This document shows, piece by piece, positions 37,912 through 52,078 of a stretch of 64,000 nucleotides of DNA (within the stretch, counting starts at the first letter, position 1; each line of letters begins with the position of its first letter). This stretch comes from Eledone cirrhosa. Taxonomy: Eukaryota. Position numbers and translations under genes: made by a program. The DNA lies in the NCBI GenBank assembly GCA_964016885.1, contig OZ024751.1, positions 7,750,001-7,814,000 of the forward strand. Direction: 5' to 3'. The notes beneath the pieces were generated by a model. The model made no database searches. It was not told the DNA's origin and saw only the letters and a program-made list of their open reading frames with translations.

Positions 37912-39231
37912 GTATATATGGAAGTAGTAGATGCAGTAGGACAGATATCAATGGAATTGTTTACACACACACACATACACAGACACACACACACACATAC
38001 ACAGACACACACACACCCGTACGTGTATATATTACTGATGAATTAATGATATACATAAAAAATATCACATACTTTTCGAATTACAAATTATGCACGCGAT
38101 GAATTCACGTGTACCTGTGTATGTGATCAATTGTATGTGTATATGCGTGTGTATTTGTAAATACCTCAAATCTGTAAAACCTTGTTATTTAATTAATTAA
38201 TCAGAGAAAATAGATTTTGTCTGAATCATAGGTTGTTTAATTCTTCACATGGAACTAATTTATTGACATCTACAAATTAGCGTAATATTACGTGAATAAG
38301 CCAAATCTATTTGACAGTAATTTAAAAAAATATAATGAATGCCTAACTGAAATGTTTGAAATATTTTAATTATTAATTTCATTATCAGAAACCAATGGAA
38401 TACACCACATTAATCCTATCTAAATTTTAAATAAAATAAACAATATTACACAAACCTAATAAGCAAAGGAAGACGTTCTGAGAGCACCAAACAATAATAA
38501 TAATATTGACATTAAAAGTTGTTCCGCCTTTAGTTCTAAAGACATTTCAATCTATGAAGAAACCACACAAATATAATCATAAAATTCAAAGTAACATGAT
38601 TTTCATTTATTTTCGATTGGTTTACAGTAATTTCGAAGTATCGTTCAATCAATACACTCCCGATGTCTTCTGTCTACAGCCAAAATTATTTTATAATAAC
38701 CCAAGAGTTTTATTGTACGTAGGTCATAGTCTTTCCAAATAATTCTGTAATGATTTGCCTGTCATTTGTTGTATCGTAGAATAACTATCCTATTATGTAC
38801 GTATATAAAAAGTAGTCAAGCATTGTTTGCAATCAGAACAACGCAAGTGTTCCCCAATTGATGCAGTGCGACTTACAGTTAATGTCAGATGTTTCGATTT
38901 TAAAGTCATGTCTACAAGAATACAGTAACCATGCGAGTTATATATGTTCGTAGTTGTATTTTCTCCGTCTTGTTCTACGTAACCCATATTCCCTACACAT
39001 CTCAAAAGAACAAGAGCCGAGCAAAGAAGAATTACATAGGAACAACACCACTCATTGAGAAGGTCGAATAATGTATGACCAAATGCATTGAACAATATCT
39101 GAGTTAATAAACTAACCCATTAATTATATACTTAACTAACTATTTATATATTAGAGTAAAAATCAGCTGGCGCGCGTCATTTTATTTGCAGCATGGCTCT
39201 CCCTATATATACATATATATATACGGATTTT

Positions 39232-39390
39232 CTGGAGTAGGAAGCTGTCATTCCCTGACGTTATCTCTAGGGATTCGGAAATCAGCAGACAGGACCTGGG
39301 GGCAGCGATGGGGGACAGGGGATTCTGGGGCATGAGAGTGAGATCCATCATCTCGACAGTAGTCGACGAGTGATGAGTGATGATGATGAT
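39232..39390 (+). mobile_element. RTE-clade LINE 3' end with (TGA)n tail
   Basis: Reads SRKLSFPDVISRDSEISRQDLGAAMGDRGFWGMRVRSIISTVVDE*, then TGATGA repeats. Confidence 0.75.
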
Positions 39391-39629
39391 ATATATATGG
39401 TCATATATATATATATGTACGGCAACACTCACCTTTTTCCATTTCTTCGAGGGTTATAAACCCCACTATCAGGCTAGAAATGTCTTTAGTCTAAAAATAC
39501 GGTGAAAGCTTATATTTTCTAATTTCTAATTTCAAACTCGCGCCGCGCCGTTTCAAAAACATACTTACATGTTTACGTTTATGATTTGCTTGTTTATATA
39601 TATAAAGGAACGATCGACTTTCGTCAAAT

Positions 39630-39821
39630 CGGACCGAGGGAACAATGTTTCCGTTGGTCCTTCCAATTGCTAATACTATCAATCGGTCGCAACTCCAGGT
39701 AGAAGGAGCAACGTGAAATAAAGTGTCTTGCTCAAGGACATAACGCATCGCCTGGTCCAGGAATCGAACTCACAACCTTACGATTGCGAATCCAATTCTC
39801 TAACCACTCAGCCACACGCCT
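39630..39821 (-). mobile_element. tRNA-derived SINE of a second family, CORE-like
   Basis: Minus strand: A box TGGCTGAGTGG, B box GAGTTCGATTCC, then TGTCCTTGAGCAAGACACTTTA, which resembles the CORE-SINE central motif. Confidence 0.85.
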
Positions 39822-40240
39822 TCACATATATATATAGATATATATATATCTCTATATATATGTGTGTGTGTGTGTGCGCGCGCGCATGTGTGTGTATGTG
39901 TGTGTGTGTGTGTATACTGATACTCATATAATATATGTTTTCATACTAGTGTACACATAATTATACTGTCAATGTGTTCGTTATAGATAACATATTGCTT
40001 AATCAATTTATAGATCTATTATCTCAATGGATATAAGCTCTCTTTATTTCTGACAATACCCGATTAGTTATGAGATAATATGTGTGGGTATAGAAATGAC
40101 TGATTGGAGACGAATGAAATCAACGACATAGACAATAGAAATAGTTAAAATACGGCTGCTTACACTCATTACTTTTTGTCAGCTAATTATTATTAGAACA
40201 ATATATTTGCGTTTAGTACCGACGTAATTAAGCAGATTTA

Positions 40241-40476
40241 TAATGAAACGACGTCCACGCCTGGCCATTCTATTTTTGCTAGGTGGACGCCAGATTGTAC
40301 AATGAAACGACGTCCAGGCATGGCCATTCCATATTTGTTAGGTGTACACCAGGTTGTATAATTAAACTGTGTCCAGGCATGATTGTTCCATTGTTGTTAG
40401 GTGTACACCAGGTTATACAATCAAACGGATTCCAGGACTGGCTATTCCATCTCTTCTAGGTGTACGCCAGGGTATA
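40241..40476 (+). repeat. Four tandem units of about 59 bp, diverged
   Basis: Unit consensus AATNAAACG..GTCCAGGCATGGCCATTCCAT..TTGTTAGGTGTACACCAGGTTGTA. Confidence 0.9.
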
Positions 40477-40813
40477 TATTTCAATAAGTTCTTTAGTTTT
40501 CTAGGTCATTAGAACTTGATTTGTGAACTTTGTTTATGTAGATACTGACTCTATAAGGTAACGTGGCCTTTGTGTGTTTCGAGATATCCTTCACTTCCAC
40601 AATTATGTTTGTGATTGCAATTATAATTGCTCATGTGAGTATTTAAATATCAGCAACATGATGTAAGCAATAATGTGGTGTTTTATATTTACAATCGGTT
40701 TCCTATAGACACATTATTCTAATCTGTTTAATATATTCGGGCGCAACACTGCTTAAATAGTATTGTAAATCCATTAGGCACAACGTTGTGGTATTATATT
40801 ATGTATTATGTAT

Positions 40814-40987
40814 TAGCAGTATCGGTAGAGGGTTGAACGCCATGCTTTCTAGAATTGTTACGTCCCTTTACGGTTTGAGTTCAAATCCCGCGGAGATTAA
40901 CTTTGCCTTTCATCCTTACGGGGTCGATAAAATAAAGTGCCAGTAATGTACTGGGTAATTGCTGGCCTTGTGCCTAAAGTAGAAACA
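40814..40987 (+). mobile_element. tRNA-derived SINE with TSD of about 19 bp
   Basis: Family body and tail; flanks ATTATATTATGTATTATGT (40793-40811) and ATTATATTATGTAGTATGT (40988-41006). Confidence 0.9.
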
Positions 40988-43464
40988 ATTATATTATGTA
41001 GTATGTTAACATTCTGTTAAGAAATACGAATTTCTGTTTTTTTTTAAATGTATTTCTATTCGAGTTAGTACGATTTGACTTCCTTCATTTGTTCCTTCTA
41101 AATAACTTCAATTCCTTTCTATTAGTATCACATAGTAAAATGAACATAGATTACTATTGAATTTTTACTATTATGCTGCTATCTGTATTGAATCTAGATA
41201 GCTGCTGACAGCAATGCCTGTTCATTCTTTATACCATTTGTTACTACAATACTCACTCATACAATGGTTTAGTTCAGCAGTATCATTCGCTTACTGCTGT
41301 TACTGTCACTAACATGTGTTACTATTACTCGCGGAGATGACAAGCAAGATGAATGACCGAAAAAATATTCCATTTGATAATTATAGAGTTTAAACTATCA
41401 AATCCCCCATTGCTCCTGATGACAGATAAACTGTTAATAATAAAAAAAAAATGGTTAGCTTTCTTTGAGTTGACATAGCGCATGTTATCTTCTTTTAAAA
41501 GTGTTCGTTTGTTTCTTTTCAAAGGATAAAATTTAACTTTCATTACACTACAAAAGTTGTTGTGGAGTAACGCTGACATTTGAAATGTTTGAAATGGATC
41601 GATAGAATGCAAAATCTTGACAAAGGAATTGTGGATTAGATTTGCAAAAGGTGTTACTATGCGGACTTGATCAGTTTATTAGATTTTAAAATTGCTATGT
41701 TAATATGTTAGGCTCCATTTGTAGGCTTTCGTTTAAGTGAAGGCGTTAAGAGTCTCTGACTTCGAACTGCCTGAAATAAAGGAGACAGATAATGCGATGA
41801 GACGTCATTACATTAGCCTGAGTAAATTTAAATTAAGTGTTATCAAGAAGAGTAATCATATGATCAAAGATATAAAGACAAGATTGAGTAATTAGGTGAG
41901 AAGAGTGAGGGACTCACAAAATTAAGAAACTCATAAATAAAAGCAATAAGAAGAGAAGACAAAGAATGAAGAAGCCAACAGCAAATACAAGCCTGAATTA
42001 ACACACCTCCAAAAAATCATAGTAATTAGGGTGCTAAATTTTGTAGCACATTATATAATTGTGAACACTGTATTAATTGTAAAACACCAAATGCTATTTG
42101 TTTTCTGAAATTGTTGTTGATAATGATTATAATGTTGTTGTGATTATATCGTCCTGGTGTTGTTGCTGTTGATTTTAGCTGTAGTGATGGTGGTGGTGGT
42201 GGTGGCATTTGTGATGGGTTTTTTTCTGATGATAGTGTTGGGCGGGCGTGCTGGTCGAGATGTCTTTTTCGTGACTGTTTACTCGGCGTGTGTCTGCGTC
42301 GGGAGGGGGACGTCCGTGGGGCATGCACTGACGACGTTGTTGTTGATCCAATCTATCAGGTGCGATGCTGGTAATGGTGTCGCTGGTGTAGTTATGAATT
42401 GTTGCCAGTAGCAGTGGTTTTTGTCGTGTTGATGGTTGTGGTGGCGGTGGTGGTGGTAGTGGAGCTGGACCCGCTGGTGGTGGAAGAGATGTTGATGGTG
42501 ATGCTACTATTAATGCTGCTGCTGGTCTTATGGCTGGTGCTGTTGCTTGTGCTGCTGCAGCGTTTGGTGGTGGTGGTGGTGGTGGTACTGCTTCTGGTGC
42601 TGTTGCTGTTGGAGCTGGTGATGGTGCTGCTAGTATCGGTAGTGGTGGTAGTTAAGTTGCTGCTACTGATGCTGTTATTTGTAGTGCTGGTTAGTGTGGC
42701 GCTGACTTTGGTGCTGCTGTTGCTTCGGTTACTGGTGGTATTGGAGCTGCATCTGTTGATGGTGTTGCCGGTGTTGCTATTGGAGCTGGTGCCGTTGCTG
42801 CTACTGCTGTTGCTGCTGCTGGGTGTGGTGGAAATGGTTGTGTTTACCATATTGTTATTCCAGAACACCACCTTTATAGCATTTGTATTCCTCAAGGAAA
42901 TTGAATACCTGTTGATTCGGGAATGACTCTATGTCATTTCATTTCATTTTCTTTTCTTTTCTTTTCTTTTCTTTTCTTTTCTTTTCTTTTCTTTTCTTTT
43001 CTTTTATTGATAAAACCAAACTATCTTCCTCTTCTCATCACCAAACTCCAACGGTGAACTTTACACAAATTTCTGCACGATAACAAAACGCTTGTTTAAT
43101 TATACAATACATTCAAAGTTAATAGTAACAATTATAACCACACATGGTGGTAAATAATAACTATGCTGGTCATCTAGCCAGTGGAAACCGAGTTAGTTGA
43201 ATCACGTCCACTACAAAGACGAACGTGACAGATTCTGGAAAGTAAAAGTAATGTCCGGATATTCTACATTATATCATCCAACTCCATGAACTCTGGCACT
43301 CAGTCACACAGAGACAAATGAAAACAACAAACAGGGAGAAAATTGAATTAAAATAGAATTAGAATTAGAAAATCAATGGAGGAAGCAAACGTGTTACTTA
43401 TTTTGAACATTTTATATAAATTTAGCTTTAGTTACGAAATGTCCCATTGATATTGATATTGATA

Positions 43465-43515
43465 CACTACTACTACTAATGCTGCTACAACTACCTCCGC
43501 CACCACAATCACTTT

Positions 43516-43578
<63 letters not shown>

Positions 43579-43636
43579 CAGGACAACCACTACTGCCACT
43601 GCTGTGGCTACTACTACTACTACTACTACTACTACA

Positions 43637-43670
<34 letters not shown>

Positions 43671-43674
43671 TTAT

Positions 43675-43724
<50 letters not shown>

Positions 43725-43740
43725 TGGCTGCAGCTACTGC
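43465..43740. repeat. (CTA)n compound microsatellite
   Basis: Directly visible; (TTTTC)n at 42946-43005 and (CA)n at 43859-43930 lie nearby. Confidence 0.97.
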
Positions 43741-43856
43741 TGCTTGTACTATCACTTATTTTTAAAGAAATATAAACGTATTGAAATTCACACATCGGTT
43801 TACCTAGCAGTAATTTAATTAACTATATATGTTAAGGTATCATTAGAAGAGAAACA

Positions 43857-43932
<76 letters not shown>

Positions 43933-44039
43933 ATATATATATGTATAAGTATGTATATATATATATATATATATGTAAAAGGTAAACAGAAATAACAACA
44001 CAATGGGTACAGTATATGGAAGGTGTATATTAGGTTAAC

Positions 44040-47000
44040 GCTTGTATATTTCTATATTTTTATAAATAATGATAACAGCTACTGTGATAACAAGAACACC
44101 AACAAGAACAACGACAACAAGAAGAAGAACACTTTCGACAACAAGAAGAACACTTTCGCTGCAGCAGCAGCCAAAAATAGGCCATGCTTCAACGTTGGCC
44201 CAGGGTTGCCTGGGCCAACTTAACTGTCCCTGTAGAAGCTATTGAGTCAGTGGAGCGCAGAACAGTGCATTATAGATGCATTTCAGCATAAACCAAAAGG
44301 GCAGGTTTTGTCCCACAAGAAGATGTCAATGTCGCGGTGAGGTGTATCAGAGATGACACCGAATACATAGCGAGTGGCAGACAGTACGGCACCATTTTGG
44401 TGCTGTTCAAGTCAGATGCCCTAGCTATGAAACACGCTATGACGTTTTGCAAAACCAGCAAGGTCATAATCTACCCCTCCCAAATGGGAAAAAGAACAGC
44501 CTGTCTCCGCATTCCCAGAATCCCACCAGGACTTAACATGTGGTGGCTTCTGGGATGTGTGACTGTGGAGGGGACGGATACCGTCCCGATAGAAGTGACA
44601 AGAACGGCCAGAGGACTAGTCCGGGGTTGACCTGGAGATCCTTCTCCAGATCAGGCCCGAGAATCTGAAGACAATCCCGGACCACACCCGCCTTCAGAAT
44701 GGGACGGTCATTCATATTATGACCGAGGGCAAAAGGACGCATTGTTTTGTTTGTGGAGAAAAAAAAACCTTTTGCGACCTTCTGCCATCAACTGCTGAAA
44801 GATGCAAGAGGTCGAAGGGCTCCACTGCTGCCGACGCCGAGGCGAGGACGGCAACCAACATCAACACCGACAAAACCACCAGCAACAACACCAATAGAAA
44901 GACCACCACCAACATTGACAAGCCAGGGCGGAAATGAGGAAAGTTGTCAAATTCCCCCGCCCCCAAAGATAGATACATCAATAAAAACAGAAACGCACAC
45001 ACATAGACACTTACAGACACAGGCCCCTCATCTACCAGTAGTGAAGATGAGGGAAAACCAAAATCCCCCAAAATACAAACAAGGAAACACAAAAAGAAAA
45101 CAAAAACTCAACAAACACAAAATACACAATAAAAATAGAGACAGCACCCACGCAAACATCTCTCCAATAACACCAACATCAACACAACTATCACCATCAC
45201 CAGAATCCCCCAAACGCAAACAACCTAAAGAGACGCAATAACAAATACACACACAAACATCTGAAACCACAGACACCGCACTCAACAAAAACTGTCACAA
45301 CCGAAACAACACCACCAAAACCATCACCACCCCAGCCACACAAACAAATAAAATCACACCAACAAAATGTAGTCCTCGTCAGGAGGGCCAACAAATAACT
45401 GATGGCCCTCGTAGCACGAAGTGAAAATATACAAAAAGAAGGGGACATTTTTAAATCGAGCACATTTCGCGTGGCGGAAGATTTGTTTCATGTGCAAATG
45501 TCGCTCGATTTATACAAAGAGATACGAGACAGCTTTGCTCGGGACGTGTGAACCCCGAACGTAAAACTCGCTTCAAGACTTTTAAAGGGGATCCAAAAAG
45601 AAACCCCATCAACTATGGAGGTCGAACCACCTGAACTTCACAAGAGCCCGGAAGGTAAGTAAACCTTTCCTCTCTCACTCTCTTTTAATCTGCCAACATG
45701 ACCGTATTAAGAGTAGGAATTTGAAATGTTCGAGGCCTGGGATCGTCCTGGAAGCAGGGTCAGCTGCTCAACGACCTCAGGTCTCTAGAAATGGCGAGAC
45801 CAGGATTTCCGACACGCGCACACTAGCCCCCATTTTCGACGACTATAAAATCTTTGCATCTGTTAGTCGACCGGGAATGGGAGGTGGTGTGGAAGTGTTG
45901 TTTAGGAAAGGCTTGGATCTCCAGGTAAGGTCGATTTTCCGGGACCCGGGTAGGAATTTGGTCGTCCTGGACGTGAACAATAAAGAAGGTGGTGCTTTTA
46001 AACTGGTGGCCGGATACGCCCATACTAGAGCACGACGGCCGGAATTCTTTAGGCGCCTGGAAGCCTTTCTGGGTACGTCTCGCCCGTTACTGTTAGCGGG
46101 GGACTGGAACGGCATCTTAGACTCACGCTGGGACTGTGTGGGAGTAACGATAGAAGCGGGGGGTGCAAAGGCCTCAAGAACCTGATCGGCCAGTTCCAAC
46201 TGTCTGACAGGTACCGACTAGATTTCGCTAAATCGCCAGTGTAGACCTGGACTAACCACATAGGGTCATCTAGATTGTATATTGACAGGATATTCATTCT
46301 GAAAATAGACAGAAATTGTGTAAGCTGGCCACGTTTTAAACGGTCTCCTATTCAGATCAGCAACTAACGTGCTTGCGGCGAGAATGGCATTATACCATTT
46401 CTTCAATGCGAAACACGAACATTGCATTGTCAAAGTTAAGGCGCGAGCTCTAAGAAACGAGGGAACCAAAGCCGTACGATGGGCCTGCGTAGCAGAGGCG
46501 CAGCGTGGTAATAAAACCACAATTCGGTCTTTGACGGACCGAGATGGACACGAGCTGAGCGATTCCAAGTGGATGTGTGAGGCCTTTCGCTAACATTTTG
46601 CTAGGTTGTTCGGGGGAAGTGGCGGGTCAGAGGCGGTGGCGGACTTCAGTCCCTACCTCGATGGCTTGTCGCAATTCTCGATTGCCGACGCTGGGCGCTG
46701 CGAAAGGCCGAAGCTTCAGCCGAGATTCAGGATCCCCTTTTTGGCTGCATGAGGCGCAAGTCACCCGGTTTGGATGGTCTGCCCTCCGACCTTTACGTAA
46801 ATATGCCAGAATTGTTCTCCAATCTCCTCGAAGCGCTGTACTGCAACTGGCAGCAGTACGGGAGCATTCCAAGTTCTGTGAGCCGGGGCGTAGTGACTCT
46901 GATAAGGAAATACAAGAACAAGAGGAACACATTAGACAATTACAGGCACATAACACTGCTCAACACACAGTTTAAGATTTTGGCGCTTGTGGTCGGGGGC

Positions 47001-48920
47001 ACAAACTTGCGCAATACCAACCAGGTCCATACTCAACAACCTCCACGTGATGTGATAGATCATAGAGAGGGTGGTGTGTAAACCTGGCTTCGGTGGGGAT
47101 CTGATCAATTTAGATCAATGGAAAGCATTCGATAGGGCCGACCATCGGTACCTGGAGGCTGACCTCGGCCCTGTCTTCAGAAGCTGGATCGCTGCAATGC
47201 ACAGCGGCACCTGCTCGGTAGTCAAAATTAATGGCCACCTCTTGGAACCGTTTCAGGTCTCCTGATCGGTCCGTCAAGTGTGCCCTTTCTCCTCCCTTCT
47301 GTACGTATTGACTCTCGAGCATTTACTAGCGGAAGCTGGAGCTGTTGCAGGGCATCCCGCTGGAACCGTGACGCAGAAAGGCTGTGTCGGCTTATGCGCA
47401 CTACATCACCGTGATGGTGTCGGACACCTCAGAAATCGAGGTGGTCGGCAACTTATTGGGGATAATGAAAGGTTGACGGGAGCAAAACTTAACCCGCAAA
47501 AGTCGGGGGGCTTGCAACTCGGCACCTGGAGAGACTAGTCTATGCCGTCCAACAGCGTCGTTAGGCGCTGGACGGACCGGTAAAGTTGCTCGGGGTTTGG
47601 TTCTGGCCAGACCTCCAGTTGGATAATAATTGGGACGAGGTGACAGGAAGGGTAGCCAGTCGTCCCTTGCCTCCGTTTGCGCTTCGCCATCTTGGAGCGG
47701 CTCCACTTCAAATTCTTGTGGAGAGTCAGGTTCCGCTGGTGAGGCGGTCGATCTACTGCCAGCACCCTCTACGAGGAGGGCTGGGCTTGCAGTGTCTAAT
47801 GATGCGCAGACACGCGCTGAGGCAGCGGAATCTCCAGATATTCTGCCTAAATGGTGAACACGTGTTATCGCCGATTGTCAGACGGGCCTTTCCGCAGCTC
47901 GTTTCTTTGACTGAGCTGCAGTCCTAGGGTCAAGAAGAGACCAATACTGGGTGACTGGCATCTGGAATGTTGTCAGGCACTCACTGCCCTCTATCAGGCG
48001 GGCAATGCGATCAGTGGAGCCCCCCACTCTCGAGTTCTATAGAGGAGTAGTGGTGTGCAAGTGCGACGACGCACTAAGAGAGGCTCTGGGAGTCGACGAA
48101 GTCGAACTAACCAGTCTGTTCCGAAGGACTTTCGAGCCGGGGACGATGGATAATTTCCAAAAATCCCTCGTTTGGCAGTGCTACCGGTGGGTGGGTGGGG
48201 TGGGGGGGGGGGACACTGCCGGTTCAAGATAAACTCTACAGACACAGAAGTGCTGTCAGACGGACCTGCCCGACATGCATGCAGAGCGACGAAAGCGTTC
48301 TGCATGCACTCCTCCAGTGTCCGTGCATTACTGACTTGTGGAGTTATGTCGAACAGCTGTTGTCGCGTGCAGACCGGAGCCCGGTATCGGCCGAGTCCAT
48401 AGTGAAGATCGACCCGCCGCGTTCTTTTGGCCAATTTTCCTCTGTCTGGTGGCAGTAGCAAAAGAGATTGTGTGTTGGACGAGGTTGAAAGGACTGAAGA
48501 CAGACACTTTTCTCTTCGGCCAATCCCTCATCAACGTTTTCAAGTTTCACTTGGAAAGGAAGGTGAGGGTGGAGAGAGAAGTGCTGCCCCACAGAACATT
48601 TGCTGAAAGGTGGGTGAATGTGGCGAGAATGGCACGTGAGAGTGAGTCTACTCTGGTAATGCGCCTGTAGGTGGGTGAATTTGAGGAGGAGAGGAGTGCG
48701 CTTCCAGGTTGCTCTCGAAGCGTCGGATCGTTCAGGATTGGTGGGGTACTTGAACGAACCCTGGGTGGTCATCCCCCCTATTGGGGAATTTTTCTCGTAT
48801 TTTTCTTGTTACTTTGTTATTGTTATTCATATTGTTTACTCGATTTTTCTGTAAAACCCCACTCTCCCTGTCTTTTTATTGTCACCTGTATGTCGGCCCT
48901 TTTGGCCAATAAATGAAATC
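44040..48920 (+). mobile_element. Degenerate near-full-length Tx1/L1-clade LINE
   Basis: ORF1 remnants (ASGRQYGTILVLF, EGKRTHCFVCG). ORF2 runs from ATG 45698 (MTVLRVG) with LAGDWNG, KSPGLDGLP, NLDQWKAFDR and a C-terminal zinc finger, ending at 48670. 3' end AATAAATGAAATC plus ATT repeats; many frameshifts. Confidence 0.92.
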
Positions 48921-48928
48921 ATTATTAT

Positions 48929-51900
48929 GAGACGGCGGTAACTACGGCGGAGTAAGTTATTTGAAATTTTATTAGTTATCGAAAGTTCTATATCATATTT
49001 TTTACATCGGTGTGTAGTTAAAGGACCCCTCTATCAAAGGAGGTGGTGTTTTAACTGTATTTCGCACCCTTGAGGGCTAAATTTGCATTTATTTACAATC
49101 ATAACCACAAAATTGTGTTTAAAAAAAACATGGCGGACCAAAAGGTTTTGTCCACAGGGAGGAATAGCGAGTTGCTCGGAGGGTGGAACAGCCATTTCCA
49201 CCCAATCACAAGCCAAAGTAAAAAACAAGAAAACAGCAGCAGCAGCGACAGCGACAGTGGTAGTGACAACAGCAGCAGCAGCCATTGGAACAGTAGTTAG
49301 AAAAATCGAACACCACCACCACCACCCCCAATAACAACAATAACAACAATAACAACAGCAACAGCCATAAATAACCCAAAGAACAACAACTATAACAGCA
49401 GCAACACAGAAAAAACCCACCAACGACGGCAATAAAGACAAAACTAGTGATGGGTCAACAGAAATCAAAACAAACACGTCTTTCGCTAAAGCGACAAACA
49501 ATTTTTAACAAGTACACATCACTAACAAAGAGATAAACAAGCAACAGTGTTAGTTAAAAAGACCGGACACAGGGTAAGTCTCATTCGCCCAGCTGAGATA
49601 ATAAGAAACAAGCTTTTGTGTTCGGTCTGTTATCGCAATATCGGATCAACATCGTGGCGAGTTGAACGGGCAACGGAGTCACAGGTCTAAAGAGCTATAG
49701 GGACCGTCTGGGCACAGAAAACATATATAGCCCGGGGATCGAGATATGGCACTGTGGGTGTGCTCTTCGCTACACCAGAAGAAGCCAGAGCACACTCCAT
49801 TGCACCACTCCGCAGTGACGAAATCATAATGATGCCCACATACTGCGGCCAGAGAGTCGTGAGGTTTTGAGTGACCCAGGTTTCGCCCTCAGTGGGGATG
49901 GCGTGGTTGACGGCAGTCGTCCTCGCTGACGTTGAGGATTCAAAAATCATACTCAACGTCATGCGAATAAGACAGTAAAATTGGACAGGGTCGGGGATGG
50001 ACCTAGTCATCCAGGGTGCTCTTCCAAATTGCTCTCGAAGCGTCGGGCCGTTCAGGATTGGTGGGGTACTTGAACGAACCCTGGGTCGCCATCCCCCCTA
50101 TTGGGGACTTTTCTTGTATTGATATGACGCACCTTAAGGGATTGATATGACATGACGCACCTTAAGGGATTCTGCCCCAAACTTACCAAAACAGGCACGC
50201 GCCCATCCCTTCTCCCCACGCCGTACCCCGCAACAGCAGCGGACAAACAAACAAAGACCAAAGTGGTATTAGAGAAATCACCATCCCCAACAACAAAAGC
50301 ACCATCTCTTCCACCAACCACAGAACCAATGGAGAGCATACCCCTTCCTGATATAGCTAAATCGGACAAGGAGTGCTATGAGGCTGAAGTGTGGAAACCT
50401 ATTACAACAAAAAAGGAGGAACTCCATACACCCCCCCCCCCAAACAAAAAAAGAAGATATCACCGTGGTGGTGTCGAACGCCAAGCACATCGATGTTATC
50501 GGAACTACACTAAGTGAATACGAGGCGGTGACAGGGGCAATGATCAACCAGGAAAAGTCGGTGGGCCTGCAGCTCGACACCTGGAGGGGAAGGTCCATGC
50601 TGTCCAACTGCGTCGTCGGGCGCTGGAAGTGCGAACCGGTTAAATTGCTAGGGGGTCAAGTTCGGTCCGGACCTCCAGACAGACAAATACTGGCACGAGG
50701 TGACGAGCAGGGTGGCTTCTCTCACCCAGAAATGAGAAGAGAGGAAACTTTCCCTGAAAAGTCGAGAGGAGGTGGCGAATGCGTACCTCTCGTCCGTCAT
50801 CTAATACCGCATGACCGTCGTGCCTTGTCATAAGCCTCGGCTGACTGAGTTGGAGCTTTTGCTCTATCGCTTTTTGTGGAAGGGGCGAGCTCTGATGGTC
50901 AGGCGGTCCATCTGCTGTCAACACCCGCTACGTGGAGGGCTGAGCATGACGTGGCTGTTGATGCGCAGACACGCGCTGAGGCTACGATTTCTCGACCTCT
51001 TCCTCGACGGTGATCAGGAGTGGTCGCCGTTGCTAGACGCGTTTCCCCCAGCTCCTCTCCTTGACAGAGCTGCAGTCCTGGGTCAAGCGAAGACCGAGAG
51101 GGAGCGCTTGGAGACTGGAATGTCTTCAGGGGCTCACATACCTCGACCAGTCGGGCAATGTGATCGGTGGAAACTCCACCTTGGCGTTCTATAGAGGATT
51201 AGTGGAGGGGAAGAGCGACGACTTACTTGGAGAAACTCTAGGCCTCGACGAAAATCAACTAGCCAATCCCTTCGGAAGAACTTTCAGGCCGGAGCCTATG
51301 GACAATTTCCAGAAAATCCTCTCCTGGCACTGCTACAGTGGGGCTTTGCCAGTCCGGGATAGACTCTAGAGGCATGGAAGTGCCGTCAACCGGTCATGAT
51401 CTAGCTGGGCGCAGGGCGACGAAACCGTCCTGCACGCACTCGTCCAGTGTTGAAAATTGCTGACTTGTGGGTTTATGTCGAACACCTGCTGTCGTGTGTA
51501 GAACGGATCCGGTTATCAGCTGAATCCATTGTGAGGATTTCCCGGCCCTCTTCGTTTAACCGGGAAGGGCACGCAGTTTTTATCTGTCTGGTGGCCATAG
51601 GGAAATAGATAGTATGGTGGACGCGTCTGAAAGGGCTGAAGACGAGCACTTACCTATTCGGTGATGCCCTGATTAACTTATTCAAATTTCATTTGAGGAG
51701 GAAAATCAGGGTAGAGAGGAAAGTGCCCTTTTCCCAGCATTTTGTTGAAATTGGGTGAGAGAGGCAAGAAAGGCCCGAGTGAATGTACCTCCTCTGAGTA
51801 GATGTCTGTAAATTGAAGGTGGAAAACTGGGAGAGGGCACTTGCTTTTGTGGGCAGGGTCGGCGTGGCTTTTTCTTAATGGGCTTTCTCCACGATGGCCC

Positions 51901-52050
51901 TGGGGAATTTTTCATTGTTCTTTTTTGCTACACCCTCTGTTTTTTGGAGTTTTTTACACGCAGAAATGCCCATTTGTACCGTCCTGTATTGTCCTGAACT
52001 GTCCTTAATGTCTACTTTGTGTAAACTCTTGTAGTTAATAATAAAGAAGC
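48929..52050 (+). mobile_element. Tx1/L1-clade LINE with a large internal deletion and a foreign insert
   Basis: 5' UTR plus ORF1 homologue (ATG near 49130; RGSRYGTV, MPTYCGQ, THLKGFC) joined at 50456 directly to the post-YADD part of ORF2 (DITVVVSNAKHI). The 3' UTR resembles 59617-59877. Confidence 0.9.
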
Positions 52051-52078
52051 ATTATTATTATTATTATTATTATTACAG

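Noticed and set aside
39740-39821. tRNA gene
   Set aside because: A and B boxes are present but run into a SINE body; the acceptor stem does not close and there is no terminator.
40241-40476. CRISPR-like or tandem hammerhead array
   Set aside because: Whole units are homologous (no unique spacers), the context is eukaryotic, and no CUGANGA accompanies GAAACGACGTC.
42026-42926. Ser/Thr/Asn-rich (minus) and Leu/Val-rich (plus) ORFs
   Set aside because: Degenerate trinucleotide low complexity with no recognisable domain. It resembles the low-complexity parts of retroelement ORF1 or leader sequences but cannot be assigned.
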